A stretch of DNA of 64,000 nt. Source: Candidatus Woesebacteria bacterium. Lineage in GTDB: Bacteria > Patescibacteriota > Microgenomatia > UBA8517. The stretch is taken from contig JAGUZK010000017.1 of the NCBI GenBank assembly GCA_020060845.1, positions 23,935 through 87,934 of the forward strand, written 5' to 3'. The position numbers and the translations under genes were made by a program. The notes beneath the pieces are model-generated. The model was given only the letters and a program-made list of their open reading frames with translations. It ran no database searches and was not told the origin of the DNA. Position 1 is the first letter of the stretch; each line of letters opens with the position of its first letter. This document shows positions 49,439 to 58,172 of this stretch, in pieces.

Positions 49439-49466
49439 AAAATATCTAAACCCACTCCTTTTTCAA
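49439..49466 (-). promoter_or_regulatory. Candidate sigma70-like promoter for the leftward glycan operon
   Basis: The minus strand reads TTGAAA (plus 49461-49466), then a 16-nt spacer, then TATTTT (plus 49439-49444), about 35 nt upstream of the 49405 start. Pattern-based only. Confidence 0.2.
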
Positions 49467-50109
49467 TTGGGAAATTCCTTAATCACTTTTGCCATCGATT
49501 TTTATTGACACTTGCTACGTAGAAAAAATTTAGCTTGATCATCTTTACTTAAATATTCTACTACTTCAAAATATATCAAAAAAATTAACTTTCTCTCCCG
49601 ATTGGTAATTTTTTAAATACTCTCTTTTACAGGATCATCGTAAATCTTGTATTTTTTACAAAAATCGAGTTAAACTTATTGAAATCCATTCCGATCAACC
49701 TTACCTTCATTGTCCAGGTGTCTATGTAAGATAAACTAAAATAAAGTTACCACATCCACAATCCACAATTATTTTATCTTTAAGGTTTGGAAAACAAAAG
49801 GATGATATAAAAAGGGTAGAAGCCCACCCCAAACAAACTTTTGATTTTTTCTTTTTTCTCTTGACATACTCTCAAGTGTAACCTAAAAATATTATACTTC
49901 CTAAATCCAACCTCTAGTCAAAATTATAAAGCATACAAAATTAAAAACAAATTATATACTTCACCTAAAAATGACATCTACTGAAAACTTCTGGAGTAGC
50001 AAATAAATCAAAAACAGAATCTTAATCGGATTGTTGTAAAGGAGCCGCCAGGAAGTCGATAAGAGCTGGGAGCGCCGATGGAGGAAAACTACTCGTTTCT
50101 CTATATTTT

Positions 50110-50589
50110 TCATTCCCTTTTTTTGGTTGACAAATTTAATGTGTAGCCAGCAAATCTTTGGTCTAATTCTTGCAGTTTTTTCGGATCTTTAATCGTCTTC
50201 CTAAAACCTTTCCATAAGGATCTATTAAAGCTCTTTTGGGCTTTTTGAAAATCTGGATTTTCTGGATCTGCCAACAATGCCATAATAATTAGTTTTGCTG
50301 CCGCTTGTTGAAGACCTCTGCCTTCCGTACCTTCTCTTCCAACTATCTTACCCGGATATTCCAACTCAACTGCCTTTTGATAACACCAAATTACTAACTT
50401 TTTGAATTTTTCCGGTCTAAGTACAGCAAACATTCCCGCCGACCTGTCATATTCTTCTGTTGGTGGAATCTGCTCGGTAAATTTCACCCATTCACCCTTC
50501 TCCCCATCTCTCTTATAGACTAGCACTTCACTAGTAATATTGCCTTGTTCATCTAAAGCTACTTTAGCTCGAAACTGGCTACTGTCCAA
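50110..50589 (-). CDS. Hypothetical protein; start codon uncertain (TTG at 50589; frame open upstream to 50754 with no ATG)
   Basis: 159 aa from TTG. The same frame stays open for 55 more codons upstream with no canonical start. A T9 tract (50595-50603) lies immediately 5' of the TTG. No recognisable domain. Possibly 5'-degraded. Confidence 0.3.
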   Translation of the reverse strand: MDSSQFRAKVALDEQGNITSEVLVYKRDGEKGEWVKFTEQIPPTEEYDRSAGMFAVLRPEKFKKLVIWCYQKAVELEYPGKIVGREGTEGRGLQQAAAKLIIMALLADPENPDFQKAQKSFNRSLWKGFRKTIKDPKKLQELDQRFAGYTLNLSTKKRE

Positions 50590-50812
50590 AAGTCTTTTTT
50601 TTTCGGGGTCGGTCAGCCTTTCTAAATTACAACCAGCATCAATTAAAGATTGTCTTAATGCACTTAAGGTATCAGGTGTTAGACGAATCGGCTCTTGGTT
50701 TTCAATAGAAGTTTTAATTAAATTCTTTACTATCTCCTTTGGGGTTTTTCTCTTTCAGAATCTGACATTTAATTCACATTTAAACATAAAGCCCCAAATA
50801 CATTCTAAACTA

Positions 50813-51061
50813 TTATTCCCTTTGACCGGAGGAAAGATATGGCTTTGCCATCTTTCTAGCTTTTCGTGCTTGCTCGTGGTTACAGGTAGAATTTCCAACT
50901 TGATAAGCAAGACCACTACTTCCAGGCACTTGTCTTTCATATTGAATCTCGTTCCAAATTACAGACGCTTCAAAACATTCTCCCAAAAACTGACACTGAC
51001 CTGCGTACTTGCAATTGCTGGCGGGTTCAAAATTTGGTTTAGAGCCAATACTTTCAGACAT
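50813..51061 (-). CDS. Small Cys-containing hypothetical protein (82 aa from the ATG)
   Basis: MSESIGSKPNFEPASNCKYAGQCQFLGECFEASVIW...C with a basic C-terminus. TATAAT at 51069-51074 (minus strand) only 7 nt upstream of the ATG. Composition is atypical compared with neighbouring genes. Confidence 0.3.
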   Translation of the reverse strand: MSESIGSKPNFEPASNCKYAGQCQFLGECFEASVIWNEIQYERQVPGSSGLAYQVGNSTCNHEQARKARKMAKPYLSSGQRE

Positions 51062-51244
51062 TTTATAAATTATACTAAAAAAGTCATTGATTACACTCAA
51101 AGAAAGAAATATTGAGAAAACAAATGTATCTGAAATTGTCCAGACACCAAAGTATCAATTAAGGACACAAAGTTTAAGTTTTGCTCCCACCTATCTTAGT
51201 ACTAAGGATAGGACACTAAAAATTACTTCAGGGTGCATTAGTTA

Positions 51245-51475
51245 TCAATTTCTCGATCGAGGCAATCTATCGAATGGATCCTCTTCACGGGATGTTCCAG
51301 CCAATATAGCTTCATTAATAGTAATCCTTTCACGAGGAGGGTTAACACCAAATTCTCCCCACACTTTATTTAGATCTCCTTCGCATGCAAGTTGAACAGT
51401 GGCACTATCAGGAATTCTGACTCCAAAATTTCTAGGGCGTTTTCCCATAGTTCTATTGCAAAGTAATTCTACCAA
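51245..51475 (-). CDS. Small hypothetical protein (76 aa), Arg/Gly/Pro-rich
   Basis: Same frame as the 50813-51100 ORF but separated by a TGA-TAA double stop. Atypical composition. Coding status uncertain. Confidence 0.2.
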   Translation of the reverse strand: MVELLCNRTMGKRPRNFGVRIPDSATVQLACEGDLNKVWGEFGVNPPRERITINEAILAGTSREEDPFDRLPRSRN

Positions 51476-51502
51476 ATTCTTGCAAATTTTCTAGTTCAAT
51501 TT

Positions 51503-52018
51503 TTACGGAGTATAACGGAATGATCTGACGATTTGATCAAGATCGGAGTAAAGAGACTGCGAATCTGTGGAAAATATGTAAACCCATTCAGGTGTAAAAA
51601 TATAATACATTCTAACTTTTACTCCACCTCTTATTTCGTCTCTAACGACCACTGGAAGACCGTTTATTTCAAAATCATCGATGACTTGGGTAAATTTTAC
51701 TTCATCTTTATCATCAACATCATCAAGATATTCCCTTAAGGACTTGAATGCATGAGCATTTCTGTCCAATTGAATGAAATTGCCTCCTTTTCCAAACTCT
51801 ACATGCGTAAATTTCTCTTTAATCAAGTAATCTTGTGGTAGTCGAAGACTAATATCTATCACTTCAGATTTAAAAGTTTTAAGCCTAACTGCGTCTAGTT
51901 GTTGATCTTGTACTGGGAGGCTCAGCTTATCTTTTTTTGATAAATATCGAAAATAAGCAATTCCTAGGGTGATAATTACTAATACCAGAATAAGTAAAAT
52001 CAGTGGCTGCTTTTTCAT
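51503..52018 (-). CDS. Hypothetical membrane-anchored protein
   Basis: 171 aa with an N-terminal signal-anchor (LILLILVLVIITLGIAYF) and an extracytoplasmic remainder. Overlaps the start of the M23 peptidase gene by 4 nt (translational coupling). Confidence 0.45.
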   Translation of the reverse strand: MKKQPLILLILVLVIITLGIAYFRYLSKKDKLSLPVQDQQLDAVRLKTFKSEVIDISLRLPQDYLIKEKFTHVEFGKGGNFIQLDRNAHAFKSLREYLDDVDDKDEVKFTQVIDDFEINGLPVVVRDEIRGGVKVRMYYIFTPEWVYIFSTDSQSLYSDLDQIVRSFRYTP

Positions 52019-54792
52019 TCGTATCCAAATTCCAGCTTACCATTATTTGTTTTTATATACAATAAAGCCATCCCCTGTACTATATCCCTGTCCCATATTT
52101 CACCATCTTTTCGAAAAACTTGACTTTCATCCTTCTCTCCATCATAGATTATTTTTAGAAGAGCATCATTGTCATCTGACCAGCTTTGGGAAAGTCTTTC
52201 TAAACTTTGTGATTTTTGGCCAAAATTATAATGAGTCATAAATAGATTCTTACCTAGACTAATAGCCCCATTCTCACCATACCTAACTTCTTCAACTGAA
52301 AACAAATCTGTTTTTTCTGCCAGCTTAAATTTACCAACCAACTTAAGAATATTTCCTGCTTTATCCTTCAATATAAAAGTATCCCTCGCACTTTCTTTTC
52401 CCTTCTCAAAGATTACATCAGATATATTTTCATCGATCCCTAAAACTTCGGTGTCCAGTTTTCCCGGGCTAAATTTAATTTTTGCCTCCGGTAGAGTTTT
52501 ATCAATATTAAAAGTAATAACTTTTACATCCTCAACGTTTTCATAAGAATCTACCGAATAAAACTCAAGCCTGTGTTCTCCTTCATCCGAAACTATAAAT
52601 GGTCCTTTATATTCTTTGAAATAACTATCGTCAAGCTTATAACCTGTATAATAAACCCCCGCGTTTCCCTCATTATCATCAACATTAAGTGTCACTTGTA
52701 CATTTGACCTGAACCAGCCACTTTGTCCCTCACTACCAGAAAATTGAATAGTTGTCGTTGGCGGGGTCATATCTTTTTTCTCCCCAAAGAGCGCAAAATA
52801 ACTTGCGTGATTTAAGACTGCTGTTGCAACTTTGTTTTCAAAATCAACTTGGGTGTCTTCTTTGACCCAAGAAACCCCATCTGAACTTGAATAAATAGAG
52901 ATCGAATCTGTCTTGAAATTATTTACATCAAAATCATTAAAATCAATTGTTAGAGTAAAATTTTTAGGAAAAGTATTTATTGGATTTCCTGACGCGTCGA
53001 TCACATTAAGATAAAAACCAGATCCTACTACCTCAAAAGATTCAGAGATAGCCGTAGTTGGAGAATACTGCATGTCAACAGTTAGTGGTTCAGAAGTTGA
53101 ACGTTCTGGAAAACTTAACCCAAAACGCCCTAGTCTAAAAAACCCAGCATTTGAAGTTAGTTCACCAGAAAGACTTTCGATTGCTTTTGTCCAGAGGTAG
53201 TAGCTCTTGCTGCCAGTTCTCTGAATTCCTTTATAGGTAAAAGTGTAAGTTGGCCAAGGATCCGGTTCCTTACTTTGCCAACCAAAGGGATCTGTAAGTC
53301 CGTCGGGCCTATCGTCATTGAAGTTTCCATTGCCATTTTTATCTTGAATAACTGAAAAATGGATATGAGGAGCAGACAACCTCCCAGTTGAACCCACTTT
53401 ACCTATTACCTCACCTTGATTTACGTATCTTGGTGTGGTGAAACTCTGAGAGATAGGGTCGTTGTCTTGAAGATGGTAGTACCTCGTTTGATAGCCATTT
53501 CCATGATCAATTACGACTACATTTCCACAAGCTAGACTTCCACAAGCTGGGTTATTTTTATCTGCCTTGAAAAATTGGGCAACACCCGAAGCTGCTGCTA
53601 AAACAGGGTCGCCATTATTCACCTTAGCCGGGCCTAACCAATCGTAACCGTCGTGATCAGAATAGCGAATATTTCTATTACGAAAGTCTCCCCTAAAGCT
53701 AGTCACTGAATCCTTTGCCTCATCCGGCTCGGATAAGGCGCTTCCTACGTCCAAAAACGGATACTCATGATCAAAATATGACCCAATTGCCAAAGCTGCT
53801 TCTGAAAAACTTAGGCCTTTTGCCCTATAATCCCAAGGCAAATCTAAAAATGGAGCCGGTGGTTGATCTCCACTTCCCCCTGAACAGGCTAAAGCAAAAA
53901 GATTTAAAAAGTAATTCCTCCTATTCTCATCATACTCTGTGTATACATAAAAAGGCTCACCAGAAACTGACAAATACCCCTCATTGAACTTTCCTTCTGC
54001 AAGAATAGTGCGATTATAGTCTCCGCTATTTTCAGATAAAGTTGGCATACTATTTTCCAAAGACATTCCTATAAAGCAAAGCTCATTAAAACCAGTCGCA
54101 ACACTCTGAAGGGTTAAGGTATTAATAGGATTAAAAGTACCATGACCCAGGGGATCCACTGCACCAAATGGGCCAGTTGTAACTGGTGTTCCAACGGGAA
54201 CTGATGAGCTACCGCAAAAATAAAAATCAACGACTTCCTCCTCCGGAAACCTATCAGAAATACCTAGACTCGAAAAAAGAGGGTTAAATCTTGACCCATT
54301 TAGCCCCGGCAACCCCAAACCTTGATAGTCAGAATACCCACCACCTGAAATGTAAACAATTCCACCAGCTCTAATAAATGCCGCAAGCTCATCTCCCTCC
54401 TCATCTGTTAGATCAGAATTCGATAAACCTGCAAAAAACATTTCAAATTTCTTTTGTCCGTTCTCAACAAGCGACCCTGCAGAAATAGTTGAAATAAATG
54501 GTTTAAGCTCAACTGAACAAGAAACAATCCCATTAGTACCAAAATTTGCCTGGTTTAAAAGCGTATTTCTTAGATCTGCAGATGGATCATCTTCAAAGTG
54601 GCTATTTGGAGTAAAGCCCGTTAGAGGAGCTGGGTTGCGGGAGGAATTAAAACCTGATACCCGAATTGTTGAGGCTTGGGTTTGTACGGGAAACAAAAAT
54701 AGAATAAATACTGAACAAAAAATTGTAAGAATCAATGATTTTAAGCTTTTCCCCCAAACTAATGAAGATAAATCTCCTAATGGGCTTGGCAT
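52015..54792 (-). CDS. Large secreted multidomain protein containing an M23 (LytM-type) metallopeptidase domain
   Basis: 925 aa with an N-terminal signal peptide. The M23 core near residues 430-520 has HxxxD (VIDHGNGYQTRYYHL) and HxH (GSTGRLSAPHIHFSV) motifs. Additional beta-rich N- and C-terminal domains of unknown function. Confidence 0.75.
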   Translation of the reverse strand: MPSPLGDLSSLVWGKSLKSLILTIFCSVFILFLFPVQTQASTIRVSGFNSSRNPAPLTGFTPNSHFEDDPSADLRNTLLNQANFGTNGIVSCSVELKPFISTISAGSLVENGQKKFEMFFAGLSNSDLTDEEGDELAAFIRAGGIVYISGGGYSDYQGLGLPGLNGSRFNPLFSSLGISDRFPEEEVVDFYFCGSSSVPVGTPVTTGPFGAVDPLGHGTFNPINTLTLQSVATGFNELCFIGMSLENSMPTLSENSGDYNRTILAEGKFNEGYLSVSGEPFYVYTEYDENRRNYFLNLFALACSGGSGDQPPAPFLDLPWDYRAKGLSFSEAALAIGSYFDHEYPFLDVGSALSEPDEAKDSVTSFRGDFRNRNIRYSDHDGYDWLGPAKVNNGDPVLAAASGVAQFFKADKNNPACGSLACGNVVVIDHGNGYQTRYYHLQDNDPISQSFTTPRYVNQGEVIGKVGSTGRLSAPHIHFSVIQDKNGNGNFNDDRPDGLTDPFGWQSKEPDPWPTYTFTYKGIQRTGSKSYYLWTKAIESLSGELTSNAGFFRLGRFGLSFPERSTSEPLTVDMQYSPTTAISESFEVVGSGFYLNVIDASGNPINTFPKNFTLTIDFNDFDVNNFKTDSISIYSSSDGVSWVKEDTQVDFENKVATAVLNHASYFALFGEKKDMTPPTTTIQFSGSEGQSGWFRSNVQVTLNVDDNEGNAGVYYTGYKLDDSYFKEYKGPFIVSDEGEHRLEFYSVDSYENVEDVKVITFNIDKTLPEAKIKFSPGKLDTEVLGIDENISDVIFEKGKESARDTFILKDKAGNILKLVGKFKLAEKTDLFSVEEVRYGENGAISLGKNLFMTHYNFGQKSQSLERLSQSWSDDNDALLKIIYDGEKDESQVFRKDGEIWDRDIVQGMALLYIKTNNGKLEFGYE

Positions 54793-54915
54793 AATAAAGA
54801 TTACTTCTTATTCGCTATAAAGATTGAAATCTTCTTAAATCCTAATATAGATAAAAAATCGTCTCTGCCAAGCATCTTAATCCATTTTTAAGATGTCTTC
54901 CCAAAAATGCAATAC

Positions 54916-56205
54916 TTAAATCTTTTTTAACACCTCGTGAGCTCTTATCTTCCAATCCCAATTTTTTTCTATCATCTCTTTTGCTTCTTTCCCAACTCTT
55001 AACCTATATTTTTCATCCTGTAAAAAGCTTAATATTTTTTCTGCAAAACTGTCTAAATCCCCCAACTTCACTTTCACCATTCCCTTGGGATAATAGGATT
55101 TGTAAGAGGCAAGATTAAATCCAACACATGGAAGACCAAACGCCATTGCCTCAGCTGCAGCCATCCCCCCCGAGTCGTAAAAAGCTGGATGAACAACAAT
55201 TTTACTCTGAGCAAAAATTGAATACTTTTTTGGTCCATCAAACACATAGCCAAATAATTTTATGTTACCAGTTAGTCGGTTCATAGCTATTCGTCTTATA
55301 ACCTCATCCATCAAAGGACCATCCCCAATCATAGCTAACTTTGCATCTGATTTTTTATCGACAACCCGCCTCCAGATATCTATAAGCTCAATGATTCCCT
55401 TTTGTGGGTGGAAACGGCCTTGAAAAACAGCATCATACTTTTTAGTAGTTAGTAGTTGGTAGTTGGTAGTTAAGAATTTTTTAATCTTATCGAGCGGTAC
55501 TGCACCGAGAACTACAATTGCATGACCACTTTTTTTGTGTTTTGGAAAACGTTCTTTTTCTTCCTCATTATTAACCAAAACAAAATCGGCAAATTTTAAG
55601 ATAACAGGCTTGATGGGTTGCTGAACTAACCAGTAAAGAAAGGCTCTAAAATTGTACCTAATTTCTCTTTCTCCCTCAGAAAAACCAATCCAGGGCTTCG
55701 GAGCGGTCTGGTACCAAGCCGCAACCCATTTTACTTGGGGAAAGCGAAGTTTAAGAATAAGAGATGGGAGTGAATCCATCCAAAATTCCGAAGAAGAATA
55801 TATAATGGTTGATGGTCGGCCCTCCTTCGCTGAAGTTTCGGAGACTAGATGATTAATGTTTAGTGAGAAGCCAAGCCTCAATCCTAGATAAATTTTGTAG
55901 AGATACTTTAGTATAAAATTTCGGGGCAAATTTTTTTCAATCTTTATTATTCTTAAACCTTGTCTGTTCGAAATTTGGAATTTAGAATTTAGAAATTGTT
56001 TAGGATTTAGTATTCGGGATTTAGAATCTATGAGTCTTTGTCTTTTCATCATCTCAATCCCCTCTTGAGTAGTGAAAATAGTTACCGGGAACCCCATGCT
56101 CCAGTACCTTGCAAATTCGATAAAAATCCTATCACTCCCTGAAATCCCGCTTCCCGTCGGCGCTAAAGCAAAAAATATAAACTCTAGATTCTTTTTCATT
56201 CCCAA
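54916..56205 (-). CDS. Glycosyltransferase, GT4-like (GT-B fold) with low-complexity insertions
   Basis: C-terminal GGMAAAEAMAFGLPCVGFNLASYKSY E-x7-E-like region. Internal repeat-encoded insertions at 55443-55470 and 55967-56030. Confidence 0.6.
   Translation of the reverse strand: MGMKKNLEFIFFALAPTGSGISGSDRIFIEFARYWSMGFPVTIFTTQEGIEMMKRQRLIDSKSRILNPKQFLNSKFQISNRQGLRIIKIEKNLPRNFILKYLYKIYLGLRLGFSLNINHLVSETSAKEGRPSTIIYSSSEFWMDSLPSLILKLRFPQVKWVAAWYQTAPKPWIGFSEGEREIRYNFRAFLYWLVQQPIKPVILKFADFVLVNNEEEKERFPKHKKSGHAIVVLGAVPLDKIKKFLTTNYQLLTTKKYDAVFQGRFHPQKGIIELIDIWRRVVDKKSDAKLAMIGDGPLMDEVIRRIAMNRLTGNIKLFGYVFDGPKKYSIFAQSKIVVHPAFYDSGGMAAAEAMAFGLPCVGFNLASYKSYYPKGMVKVKLGDLDSFAEKILSFLQDEKYRLRVGKEAKEMIEKNWDWKIRAHEVLKKI
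55443..55470. repeat. Heptanucleotide tandem repeat (tagtagt x2, tggtagt x2) inside the 54916-56205 CDS
   Basis: Read directly: tagtagttagtagttggtagttggtagt. 28 bp total. Encodes LTTNYQLLTT on the minus strand. Confidence 0.75.
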
Positions 56206-58172
56206 GGCCAGACTCTAAAGACTATATCAATAGTATAATCTCCAGTTTTTCCAATCTTCCAAGCATTAGCATAATTGTAAACTAAAAAATGGTTTTTTAT
56301 TTCTTCCTCATCTATCCTAGCTATCCAAAAATCATAGTACGTATTTTTGAAAACTAAAGTAAAGGGTTTTGTGGAATTTTTTACAAAAACCTTATACTTT
56401 GTAGGCGAAAATTTTTGATAGGAAATTTCTATGCCCTCATTCCCACCTAAAACCTCAAACAAAGAACCGCCTTTATTTGGCTCAAACAAATATATCTCTA
56501 AATCCCCAAAATCTTTCAGATACCCAATATCTTTATTTGCTAGAATTATCTCCCTTACCTCCTCAACCGCTAAATCATTTTTGTCTAATCCTTGGACTAA
56601 ATCCTTTCTTAAAATCAAAAAGGCTACATCCAGATCTTCTAGATCTTGAGATTCTATTTTTTTATCCACATTAAGTTCCTTGTGAAGTCCCCAATAGATA
56701 TCATCAAAATACTTTGTCCGTAGTATTTTTGAAATCGCCGGCTTATCGAACAAAAACTCACTAGGCTCAATCCCGCCATAATCCCAACTCATCTTAACCC
56801 CGTCTCCGGCAATCATTGGTAGCATTAATATCCTCCCACTACCATCAAAAGAATTTAAAAATTCATTTGCTTCCTCGTAATATAAAGGAACTCGAACATG
56901 AACATCTTTTGTATAAACAGCTCCAGTCCACATAGGCCAAACTAAAACCCCGCAAGACAAAAACAAAATCCCGCCAACAGCAACTTCCCTGATTTTAGGT
57001 TTCAGCTTCTGATAAATAAAATTTACTCCAAGCGCAAAAAATATTGAGTAAGGCAGGACAAAAACAAGTCCAAATTTTTCCCAAGGGTTTCTCAAAACCG
57101 TACTAATTGGAAAGATAGAAAATAGAAATTTAAAAAAAATATCTCCAAAAGGAGGGTTAGAACCTTTACTCACAAACCAGCCAACTATAAAAAGAGAGAT
57201 GAAAAAACGCCAACTTTTTTGTGTTCGACTTGCCAATACACCCACAGATACGATAAAAAAAATTATCAAGCTGACAATTTTAGAAACATAGGAAGCATAA
57301 AAAAAATACCAATGGCTGGAAGATCCAAACAAAAACCTCTGTCTTAAAAAGAGTATCTCTCCAGTAGGGAAATAAATACTAGTTCCTCTTAAAGTATCAT
57401 AGTTTTCATTAATTCCAGCAACTTCAGAAAAGGAACTTTCGCCCAATTTAGTAAGCGGATAAATCCACCAGATATTAACTGTTATAAAAAATAAAAAGAA
57501 GGCTAAAAAACCTCCCATTTCTTTATATCTTACTTCTGCCTTTTTTTCACTTACAAAAGTTAAGACAATGAAAACAAAAACTGGAGCCAACAAGGTAATA
57601 ACATTTGAAGGTTGTCCAAAAGTATTTGAAATAAACAACAAGCTTATTGTCGAAATCAAAATCCACTTTTTTTTAAAAGTTCCAATCCATTTAACAAATA
57701 AGAATAAAAAAAATGGTATGAATGCCCAGCCAAACATGCCTGCAGTTATGAAACGATTCCAAACTTGAGACTGTGTGTAAAGGTTAAAAAGATAAAAAAG
57801 ACTACTGACAAAAGAAATGAAATCTTTTTGAAAAAATTCTTGCGACAATAAATACATCCCCACAAGACCTACACTCAGTATGATGAAAAAAATAACTGCT
57901 TGAGCGATCCAACTTGAAACAAATAAATCTAAAAGAGAAACAATTGATAGATAGATAATCCTTGGAAGAATGACCGGCATTGGATACCCAGTTCCCGTTT
58001 CATACCAAGTGTGAGTGTAAATATTTAAAATTCTTTGAGGTTCATAAAATAAAAGTCCTTCTTCACCTGCGGCTAAAATTTTTCTGTCACGAAACCATGA
58101 TAATATCAGAAAAACAGACAAAAATAGATAAACTAAATACCATCTCTTTGACAATATTCTTAATATCGACAT
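56196..58172 (-). CDS. Large polytopic membrane protein, GT-C-like; paralog of 36404-39736
   Basis: 658 aa. The N-terminus (WFRDRKILAAGEEGLLFYEP) shares its motif with the 1110-aa protein. About 13 TM helices, then a soluble C-terminal domain of about 230 aa. Confidence 0.45.
   Translation of the reverse strand: MSILRILSKRWYLVYLFLSVFLILSWFRDRKILAAGEEGLLFYEPQRILNIYTHTWYETGTGYPMPVILPRIIYLSIVSLLDLFVSSWIAQAVIFFIILSVGLVGMYLLSQEFFQKDFISFVSSLFYLFNLYTQSQVWNRFITAGMFGWAFIPFFLFLFVKWIGTFKKKWILISTISLLFISNTFGQPSNVITLLAPVFVFIVLTFVSEKKAEVRYKEMGGFLAFFLFFITVNIWWIYPLTKLGESSFSEVAGINENYDTLRGTSIYFPTGEILFLRQRFLFGSSSHWYFFYASYVSKIVSLIIFFIVSVGVLASRTQKSWRFFISLFIVGWFVSKGSNPPFGDIFFKFLFSIFPISTVLRNPWEKFGLVFVLPYSIFFALGVNFIYQKLKPKIREVAVGGILFLSCGVLVWPMWTGAVYTKDVHVRVPLYYEEANEFLNSFDGSGRILMLPMIAGDGVKMSWDYGGIEPSEFLFDKPAISKILRTKYFDDIYWGLHKELNVDKKIESQDLEDLDVAFLILRKDLVQGLDKNDLAVEEVREIILANKDIGYLKDFGDLEIYLFEPNKGGSLFEVLGGNEGIEISYQKFSPTKYKVFVKNSTKPFTLVFKNTYYDFWIARIDEEEIKNHFLVYNYANAWKIGKTGDYTIDIVFRVWPWE

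Noticed and set aside
49861-49890. Near-consensus plus-strand promoter TTGACA-17-TAAAAAT as the start of a plus-strand gene
   Set aside because: No plus-strand ORF or recognisable RNA lies downstream before the next minus-strand gene. Retained only as part of the intergenic-gap observation.
50041-50085. GC-rich patch as a tRNA or SRP (4.5S) RNA gene
   Set aside because: No T-loop (GGTTCGAATCC-like) or D-loop consensus and no acceptor-stem pairing. There is no long self-complementary hairpin and only a vague CCAGGAAG resemblance to the SRP domain IV motif. Kept only as a curiosity within the intergenic-gap finding.
51101-51247. Single gene with stop-codon readthrough/selenocysteine joining the in-frame ORFs 51245-51475 and 50813-51100
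   Set aside because: The upstream ORF ends in a TGA-TAA double stop and the intervening 140 nt contain further in-frame stops. There is no SECIS-like hairpin.
54873-54895. Inverted repeat catcttaa-N7-ttaagatg downstream of the GT4-like gene as a rho-independent terminator
   Set aside because: The stem is only 8 bp and AT-rich (3 GC pairs), and the T-run on the transcribed strand is about 15 nt away rather than adjacent. Too weak to call.
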